A DNA stretch of 26,687 bases from an uncultured virus (IMG/VR IMGVR_UViG_3300021167_000376) (lineage: Duplodnaviria; Heunggongvirae; Uroviricota; Caudoviricetes): the IMG/VR virus record IMGVR_UViG_3300021167_000376, one strand, 5' to 3'. The notes beneath the pieces are model-generated. The model had not been told where the DNA came from, did not search any database, and worked only from the letters and a program-made list of their open reading frames with translations. Shown in pieces: positions 1 to 5,690 of the stretch. The position numbers were made by a program, and so were the translations under genes. Every line of letters begins with the position of its first letter. Position 1 is the stretch's first letter.

Positions 1-375
1 GATTCAATGACCCGGGCGACCATCAAGCGGGCGCTACCGGAGATTCAGTGGCAGGCGCTGGTGGGCAAGTACTCGATCAACCAGAACGAGGTGAGGATCG
101 CCGCCGCGTATCTCACCCCTAGGGTTGTCAGCCCCGCCCACCAACTTTTCAAGACCAAGTGCGTTATGGCCTGGATGGTTCCGGAGATGCGGAACGGGCT
201 ACCGGGGTCGTTCTATGTGCTGCACAGTTGGGATGCTGAGGGTACGCCGGAAAGGACGCTGCGCCGCTGGCGCTCGATCACCAAGCGCTGGCTGGATGAC
301 CAAGTGAGTGCGGCGCACATAGCTGTAGAGGTGCTGCTCGAGGAGCGCGGTCTTCTGCTTCAGCAGGTTGCTTGA
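1..375 (+). CDS. Putative Q-like late antitermination protein (probably 5'-truncated by the window)
   Basis: Frame open from base 1; C-terminal HTH-like segment (GTPERTLRRWR); its TGA stop overlaps the -35 of a late promoter followed by a terminator, the lambdoid Q-pR'-tR' layout. Confidence 0.65.
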   Translation, partial: DSMTRATIKRALPEIQWQALVGKYSINQNEVRIAAAYLTPRVVSPAHQLFKTKCVMAWMVPEMRNGLPGSFYVLHSWDAEGTPERTLRRWRSITKRWLDDQVSAAHIAVEVLLEERGLLLQQVA

Positions 376-400
376 CAGTGACCGAGTGACCGCGTAGATT
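372..400 (+). promoter_or_regulatory. Late promoter (pR'-like, sigma70) with tandem repeat AGTGACCG x2 (377-392), a candidate Q-binding element
   Basis: TTGACA (372-377), 17-bp spacer, TAGATT (395-400). Confidence 0.8.
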
Positions 401-445
401 TCGAACCTGCGGTTTGGTGCATCACAGGATGACGCCCAAACAGAG

Positions 446-475
446 AAAGCCCGGCCATTGAGTCGGGCTTTTTTT
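446..475 (+). terminator. Intrinsic terminator (tR'-like)
   Basis: AAAGCCCGGC-CATTGA-GTCGGGC followed by T7, ~45 nt after the promoter. Confidence 0.85.
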
Positions 476-490
476 ATGCCAAAAATTTAG

Positions 491-695
491 TGCGTGAAGC
501 CACAGCCAGGGTGGGCCTTCGGGCGGGCCTGGACGCGGTATAGCCGGTAGTCACGCGTCACGAAAGAACACCGGCAGCCCGCGCGCTCTGTTCATACCTG
601 ACTTCCAGAGTGGCGCGAGACCAGATCAGCGAGATCGATGCACTTGGGTGTCGACGCCGTGATGGTCTTTGGCTGGCAGCGTGGGAAGACACGCA
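491..695 (+). ncRNA. Unassigned highly structured RNA element (multi-stem, H-type pseudoknot possible)
   Basis: GCC-TTCG-GGC hairpin; GACGCG(532-537)/CGCGTC(554-559) crossing GCCGGT(543-548)/ACCGGC(570-575); long stems ~580-617 and 618-668; closing CAGCCA(503-508)/TGGCTG(670-675); no credible ORF. Confidence 0.5.
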
Positions 696-698
696 ATT

Positions 699-768
699 GC
701 GGGTAGCGCAGGTCGCTAGACAGCCTTCCAAGCTTTCGATCAGGGTTCGATTCCCTGTATCCGCTCCA
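699..768 (+). tRNA. tRNA-Gly(TCC)-like gene with shortened, non-canonical D-arm
   Basis: Acceptor GCGGGTA/TATCCGC, T73 + CCA, anticodon loop CTTCCAA (725-731), T-arm CAGGG-TTCGATT-CCCTG; 70 nt; no T8. Confidence 0.75.
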
Positions 769-772
769 AATC

Positions 773-848
773 TGGCCCGAAGCATTGACGGTTGATGCGC
801 CCGGCTCACAACCGGGGGAAGAGGGTTCAAGCCCCTACGGGCCGACCA
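773..848 (+). tRNA. tRNA-Val(CAC)-like gene
   Basis: Acceptor TGGCCCG/CGGGCCG, A73 + CCA; D-stem GCAT/ATGC; anticodon arm CCCGG-CTCACAA-CCGGG; T-arm GAGGG-TTCAAGC-CCCTA; 76 nt. Confidence 0.8.
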
Positions 849-944
849 GGCACGGGGCCTCAAGCCTCTGCGGTGTAGATCTGAGAACTTTCAGGGAGCC
901 AAAACAACTTGAGCAACTGAGGGGGAGTGCCTCGGTGCCTTTTC

Positions 945-978
945 AGGGCCTCGATATTGATCGGGGCCTTCTTGTTTT
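945..978 (+). terminator. Intrinsic terminator-like hairpin
   Basis: AGGGCCTCGAT-ATTG-ATCGGGGCCTT then CTTGTTTT. Confidence 0.6.
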
Positions 979-1054
979 CGGCCCCGCCACACCCTTCGCT
1001 CTGAGCTGGGAGTGCCGCCGGGGCTGATCTATTCGCCGCTGCTCCCCAGCGTTT

Positions 1055-1078
1055 GGCCGCCACCTGACGGCCTTTTTT
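1055..1078 (+). terminator. Intrinsic terminator-like hairpin upstream of the holin
   Basis: GGCCG-CCACCTGA-CGGCC then T6. Confidence 0.6.
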
Positions 1079-1119
1079 ATTCCTCTACTCCCAGAAGGGA
1101 GGACTTCGGATTGAAAATC

Positions 1120-1434
1120 ATGCCCGAAAAAGACCCCTCCTTCTGGGCGATGGTTTTGAATGCCCTGCGTGACAACGGGCTGGCCATGGTCCTGACATTC
1201 CTCCTGATCTGGTTGCGAATTCAGTACGACGGCAAAGAGACCAAGCCTGTCCGCCAAATTATTGAGTCTGTCCTTGGGGCCTTAATCGTGATGGTGGTAG
1301 GCCTGACGGTGCAGAAGTTCGGGTTGAGCAGCGGGTGGTCTTTCTTCGCTGCCGGCTTCGTCGGCATTCTCGGAGTTGATCAGGTTCGACAACTCGGCAA
1401 GCGCTGGTCTGAGCGCAAGGCGGATGAGCTATGA
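1120..1434 (+). CDS. Holin, lambda S family (3 TM); alternative in-frame TTG start at 1111
   Basis: MPEKDPSFW N-terminus, three hydrophobic segments, GFVGILGVDQVR motif, basic C-terminal tail; first gene of the late operon; SD GGGAGG 1097-1102. Confidence 0.85.
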   Translation: MPEKDPSFWAMVLNALRDNGLAMVLTFLLIWLRIQYDGKETKPVRQIIESVLGALIVMVVGLTVQKFGLSSGWSFFAAGFVGILGVDQVRQLGKRWSERKADEL

Positions 1435-1646
1435 AGCTTATAGACGGGGCGGGTGGCTGGCATCGGCTTTGGTCTGTTCGGCTGGCCCTGGCCGGCTCGG
1501 TACTGAATGCCGGGGCGATTGGTTGGACAGTATTCCAGGGTACGGTCAACCCGCTGATTTACGCGGCCATCAACATGGCACTGGGTATCGGTGTCGCCGT
1601 CGTCCGGGTTCTGTCCCAGTCGCAGCCCGACGGGGGGCAAGAATGA
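1431..1646 (+). CDS. Small 2-TM membrane protein, holin-like
   Basis: MKLI..W.RLWSVRL start, two hydrophobic helices, ATGA-coupled to the holin. Confidence 0.7.
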   Translation: MKLIDGAGGWHRLWSVRLALAGSVLNAGAIGWTVFQGTVNPLIYAAINMALGIGVAVVRVLSQSQPDGGQE

Positions 1647-1936
1647 AAGCTCCTAATTTCCTGAAATCAATCGTCGCATGGATTGCGAAACTCTTCGTAG
1701 AGGCTCCAGTCATGTCCGAATTGCCAGTTGAAGTACGGGCCGCCATTGCGTCGTCGGCTCCGGTCGTTGTGGTTCCTGAGGCTGCAGCACCTGTTGCCCA
1801 GGTAAGCGAGCCTGCACCCGTCGCCGCCCCAGCGCCCGACCTGATCGCCAAGCTCGAAACCATCCTCTCCGCCCTCGGCCATGAGCTCCCTATATTCTGG
1901 GGTGAGGCTGTGGCTCTGGCGAAGAAAGCGCTTTAA
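1643..1936 (+). CDS. Hypothetical phage protein (amphipathic N-terminus, Ala/Pro/Val-rich linker)
   Basis: ATGA overlap with the upstream stop gives a start at 1643 within ORF 1376..1936; 97 aa. Confidence 0.65.
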   Translation: MKAPNFLKSIVAWIAKLFVEAPVMSELPVEVRAAIASSAPVVVVPEAAAPVAQVSEPAPVAAPAPDLIAKLETILSALGHELPIFWGEAVALAKKAL

Positions 1937-1962
1937 TCAGAGGCTGTCTGTCGAGGTGGTAT

Positions 1963-2592
1963 ATGGCTGGAGCGTTTGATATTTCGATCCGGGCCAATGT
2001 GAAGGAGATCACCAAATCGCTCTCGGCCTTGGCCTACAAGCAGGTTGCTTTCGCTACTGCGCAAGCACTGACGGCCTTGGCCAAAGAGGTTCAGGCTGAC
2101 GAGATCCAGAACATTGCCGCGACCTTCAAGAAGCCCAAGCCATTCACCCAGAAGTCAGTTGGTGTACGAGGTGCCCGTAAAGACACGCTCATGGCCACGG
2201 TGTTTGTTCGGCCCATCGCGGCCAAGTACCTGGCGCCGTATGAGGATGGTGGTAGCCACGTTCTATCTGGTCGAGCGCTCTTCAACCCGAAGAACATCAA
2301 GCTTGATCAATATGGACAGTTGCCACGCAAGGTGCTGGATCGGTTGAAGGCCCGCAAGGATATCTTCATCGGTCCGGTGAAGTCGAAGTCCGGAGCAATC
2401 AACGGTGTATGGCAGCGCATTCCGGCCAAGCGTAAACAGCCGGCGCACTTGAAGTTGCTGATCCGCTTCGGTGATTCGCTCACCGTTAACAAGCGGTTGA
2501 ACTACCGAAGCCGCGCAAAGGCGCTGGTAGATCGCAGGTTCAACGCGGTGTTCGGTGAGGCTATGGCCAAGGCCCTGGCGTCCGCGCGCTGA
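1963..2592 (+). CDS. Basic phage protein, possibly related to lambda gpZ / HK97 gp10-type morphogenesis proteins
   Basis: SD GAGGTGG; 209 aa, K/R-rich; N-terminal 'ISIRANVKEITKSL...ATAQALT' pattern; function uncertain. Confidence 0.55.
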   Translation: MAGAFDISIRANVKEITKSLSALAYKQVAFATAQALTALAKEVQADEIQNIAATFKKPKPFTQKSVGVRGARKDTLMATVFVRPIAAKYLAPYEDGGSHVLSGRALFNPKNIKLDQYGQLPRKVLDRLKARKDIFIGPVKSKSGAINGVWQRIPAKRKQPAHLKLLIRFGDSLTVNKRLNYRSRAKALVDRRFNAVFGEAMAKALASAR

Positions 2593-2632
2593 CTGGAGCG
2601 ACGTGAGGGGTAGGGGTACCCCCCCCATGCTT

Positions 2633-2680
2633 GGGTCCCTCCTGAGAGGTTGAGCATCGAGGGCATTGCGCGCCTCGATG
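2633..2680 (+). other. Putative cos site (cosQ-like GGGTCCC plus dyad cosN-like element)
   Basis: GGGTCCC (6/7 match to lambda cosQ GGGTCCT) 23 nt before the central segment of CATCGAGG-GCATTGCGCG-CCTCGATG; directly upstream of the small terminase. Confidence 0.65.
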
Positions 2681-2728
2681 TCGCCCCAGCTATGAAGTCT
2701 CAAAGGTGTTCGCACCCAGGTCTGCGCT

Positions 2729-3313
2729 ATGAAGCAAGGTGTCTCTATTCGCGAGTTTGCGCGCCGTGAAGGCGTATCCGACACGCTGGTCAGAAAAGCG
2801 CTGAAGCTCAACAGGCTTAAGGCTTTCGACGATGGTTCGATTAACCCCAGCCTGGCGGGCAGCAACTGGCGGGAGGGGAACGCCAAGGGTGCGAACCCTG
2901 CGAACCAAAATGCGAACCCCACGGTTCGCAGTTCGCGGGGCGACGAAGTTGACGCTGTGACTCTGGAAGAAGAGGCCGCCCAGTTACTCGAAAGTGGCGG
3001 GGTGGCCACGAGCGACTATGCCGAAGCGCTTCGCCGCAAAGAGAACTACTTGGCTCTGTTGCGTCAACTCGAGTACGAGCAAAAGTCAGGTTCGCTGGTT
3101 GATCTGGAGGTCGCCGAGAAAATCCTATTTGAACAGGCCAGGGCATCGCGCGATGCCTGGCTCAATTGGCCTACCCGTATTGGGCCGCTTCTTGCTGCCG
3201 ACCTTGGCCTTGAGGCTGATCGTGTGGTTGGAGCATTGACGGAGTATGTCCACAAACACATCAGCCAGCTCGGCACGCCGGAAGACGAGGTCGAGTTCGT
3301 TAGAGAAAGCTGA
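2729..3313 (+). CDS. Terminase small subunit (Nu1-like)
   Basis: N-terminal HTH (SIREFARREGVSDTLVRKA), coiled segment, 'LEYEQKSGSLV' motif; overlaps the GpA gene. Confidence 0.85.
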   Translation: MKQGVSIREFARREGVSDTLVRKALKLNRLKAFDDGSINPSLAGSNWREGNAKGANPANQNANPTVRSSRGDEVDAVTLEEEAAQLLESGGVATSDYAEALRRKENYLALLRQLEYEQKSGSLVDLEVAEKILFEQARASRDAWLNWPTRIGPLLAADLGLEADRVVGALTEYVHKHISQLGTPEDEVEFVRES

Positions 3314-5384
3314 CCGCCTGCGCCTGGCTTACCATCAGGGCTGGACGCCGCCGCCGCGCATTACTGTCCCGGACTGGGCCGACCGCTATCGGCGCCTTGC
3401 AAAGGAAGCCGGGGCGATATCGGGCAATTGGGAGACATCCACGGTTGAGGTTGCCCGTGGCCCGATGATGGCTGTAACTGAAGCCGGTGTGCATGTCATA
3501 ACGGTGATGGTAAGCACCCAGTTGCTGAAAACGGCGCTGCTGGAAAACATCTTCGGGTACTTTGCGCACCTCGATCCATGTCCGATGTTGCTGCTGCAGC
3601 CAAAAGAGGCAGCGGCCGAACAATTCTCGAAAGAGCGTATCAGCCCTTTGGTGCGCACAACCCCAGTTTTGCGGGCTCTGATTGGTACGGGAAAAACCCG
3701 CTCATCTGATGAGACCTTGCTCTACAAGGCCTTCCCGGGCGGCTTCCTGGCCCTGGCGGGCGCCGGCAGCCCTGACAACCTTGCTCGCCGGCCGATACGC
3801 ATCCTGTTGAGCGACGAGGTCGATAAATACCCGATAACCCGCGAGGGTGATCCGATCATGCTCGCCGAAGAGCGAACCGCTAGCTTCGGCGCCAATTGGT
3901 TGTCGGTGCGAGCGTGCTCACCAACGGTCGAGGATGAGTCGCGTATTGAGAAAAGCTTTCTGGCATCGGATCAGCGCCGCGCATCGGTTCAATGCCCAGG
4001 CTGTGGTCATCGGCAGTTTCCGGACTTCTTCAAGCACGTTCATTGGCAAAAGGATGAGGAAACCGGCGCACATAAGCCGAAGACCGCGCGAATGTACTGT
4101 GAGGGGTGTGGGGCTGAATGGTCCGAGGGCGATCGCCTTAAGTCATTGCGCAGCATTCGCTGGCACCAGACCAAGACGTTCAGTTGTTGCGGTGAGCGAC
4201 ATCAGCCGCTTGAGATGTACGACGTTGCCTGGAACTTGTCGCGCGAAGGCTCGGTAGATCGGGTCTGGACCTTGTCTGAAAGTCCGAGACATTCGGTGTA
4301 CATGGCGCGCTGTCCGACCTGCGGCAGCCATCCCGTCGACAACGAACACGCCGGATTCACCGCCTCGAAACTGTACAGCCCTTGGTCAAAAGACAAGCCG
4401 GCAGATATCGCCGGCAAGTGGCTGGCCTGTGGTGATGATGAGGAAATGAAGCTGGCGTTTTACAACACCCAGCTTGGATTGCCGTATCGGAAAAACTCGG
4501 GTCGCGAGATTCAGATTGAGGCGTTGGCAGCTCGGTGTGAGTTGTGGGGGGCTGAAGTCCCTGATGGCGTTGCGCTGATTACGGTCGGCATCGACTGCCA
4601 GGATTACCGTCTGGAAATGGAGGTCATCGGCTGGGGTGTCAACGAAGAATCGTGGTCGATTGATTACCACGTCATCGAGGGCGAGTTTGATCAGCCCGAG
4701 ACACAAGCTTTGCTGGACGCTTATCTAAAGCGTATCTGGTACCGCGCTGACGGATATGCCTTTCCGGTGATGGCGTCTTGCTTTGACTCTGGCGGTCACC
4801 ACACCCAGGCGGTGTATGACTTCTGCAAGGCTCGTATTGGTCGGCGTGTCTGGGCTGTTAAGGGTGAGTCTGCTCGTAATGGCAAGCGTTCGCCGGTCTG
4901 GCCGACCAAGGTGCCAAGTCGCCGGAGCAAGGCGACTTATCGTCCGGTGATTCTGGGCGTTAACGCTGCGAAGGACACCATCACCGGGCGGCTGATGAAG
5001 GACAAGCCCGGGCCTGGCTACATGCACTTCCCAGTGAGCCGGGATATCAACTACTTCGCGCAGCTCACTGCTGAACGCTCAATCATCAAGGTGACGGGCG
5101 GTGTGAAGTACCGAGTCTGGGAGCCTCGTCCTGGTCGCGCAAACGAAGGTCTTGACTGTCGCGTGTATGGCTATGCCGCCCTGTGCGGGTTGCTGCATAT
5201 GGGCATAAAACTGAACAAGCGGGCAGAAGAGGTGAACGCCTCAATCGGGACACCCGTTCACCGTCCTGAACCACAAGAAGACGCGCCAAAGGTGGCCGAG
5301 GCTCGGCAGGAACAGGCTACTGGCCCGCGCGTCATCCAGGCAAAACCCGTCAAGAAAAAGACGTTGGCCAGCCGGCTTGCGTAG
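3246..5384 (+). CDS. Terminase large subunit, lambda GpA family
   Basis: PPPRITVPDWAD N-terminus, STQLLKT, ILLSDEVD Walker B, CxxC pairs, TVGIDCQ, DSGG and NEGLDC nuclease motifs. Confidence 0.95.
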   Translation: MSTNTSASSARRKTRSSSLEKADRLRLAYHQGWTPPPRITVPDWADRYRRLAKEAGAISGNWETSTVEVARGPMMAVTEAGVHVITVMVSTQLLKTALLENIFGYFAHLDPCPMLLLQPKEAAAEQFSKERISPLVRTTPVLRALIGTGKTRSSDETLLYKAFPGGFLALAGAGSPDNLARRPIRILLSDEVDKYPITREGDPIMLAEERTASFGANWLSVRACSPTVEDESRIEKSFLASDQRRASVQCPGCGHRQFPDFFKHVHWQKDEETGAHKPKTARMYCEGCGAEWSEGDRLKSLRSIRWHQTKTFSCCGERHQPLEMYDVAWNLSREGSVDRVWTLSESPRHSVYMARCPTCGSHPVDNEHAGFTASKLYSPWSKDKPADIAGKWLACGDDEEMKLAFYNTQLGLPYRKNSGREIQIEALAARCELWGAEVPDGVALITVGIDCQDYRLEMEVIGWGVNEESWSIDYHVIEGEFDQPETQALLDAYLKRIWYRADGYAFPVMASCFDSGGHHTQAVYDFCKARIGRRVWAVKGESARNGKRSPVWPTKVPSRRSKATYRPVILGVNAAKDTITGRLMKDKPGPGYMHFPVSRDINYFAQLTAERSIIKVTGGVKYRVWEPRPGRANEGLDCRVYGYAALCGLLHMGIKLNKRAEEVNASIGTPVHRPEPQEDAPKVAEARQEQATGPRVIQAKPVKKKTLASRLA

Positions 5385-5423
5385 ATCCTCCCCGCTTCGG
5401 CGGGGCATACCTGGAGTAACCCT

Positions 5424-5690
5424 ATGAGCCGTTATGGTCAAAGCAGCCTACTGGCGGGCATACCCCGGGAGTCGTTGCAGGTCTCTTTGCAAAATGCGCA
5501 GCAGGCCTACCTGCAGCTTTCCTCGGGCGGAAAGGTTGAAACTGCGACGTACACCCAGGGCGATGGCTCGAAAAGTATCACCTACACCCGCGCCAATATT
5601 GCCCAACTGGCAAACGTTATTCAGATGCTTCAGCAACAGCTAGGCATCGTCACTCGTGCCCGCCGGCCACTCACATTCAGGTTTAAGTGA
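5424..5690 (+). CDS. Head completion protein, gpW family
   Basis: 88 aa between terminase and portal; L..AQQAY..L..GGKV...Y...DG.KSITY pattern; SD GGAG. Confidence 0.85.
   Translation: MSRYGQSSLLAGIPRESLQVSLQNAQQAYLQLSSGGKVETATYTQGDGSKSITYTRANIAQLANVIQMLQQQLGIVTRARRPLTFRFK

Noticed and set aside
531..575. Pseudoknot as an HDV-like, pistol or hammerhead ribozyme or SAM-II/preQ1 riboswitch
   Set aside because: Only 5 nt where HDV needs P3/L3; no CUGANGA/GAAA core or other diagnostic conserved nucleotides; left unassigned
1012..1110. N-terminal extension of the holin in the ORF track
   Set aside because: It crosses a terminator; the SD and family N-terminus point to 1111/1120
558..1257. Short ORFs in the late leader (558..863-, 610..795+, 785..1027+, 860..1063-, 943..1257-)
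   Set aside because: They overlap tRNA cloverleaves and terminators, lack clear SD sequences and have no protein-like features
2890..2937. CRISPR-like array
   Set aside because: Repeats are 7 bp with 0-6 nt gaps and mixed orientation inside a CDS; no cas genes
5390..5405. CCCCGC-TTCG-GCGGGG hairpin after the terminase
   Set aside because: No U-tract, so not called a terminator; possibly a stability hairpin
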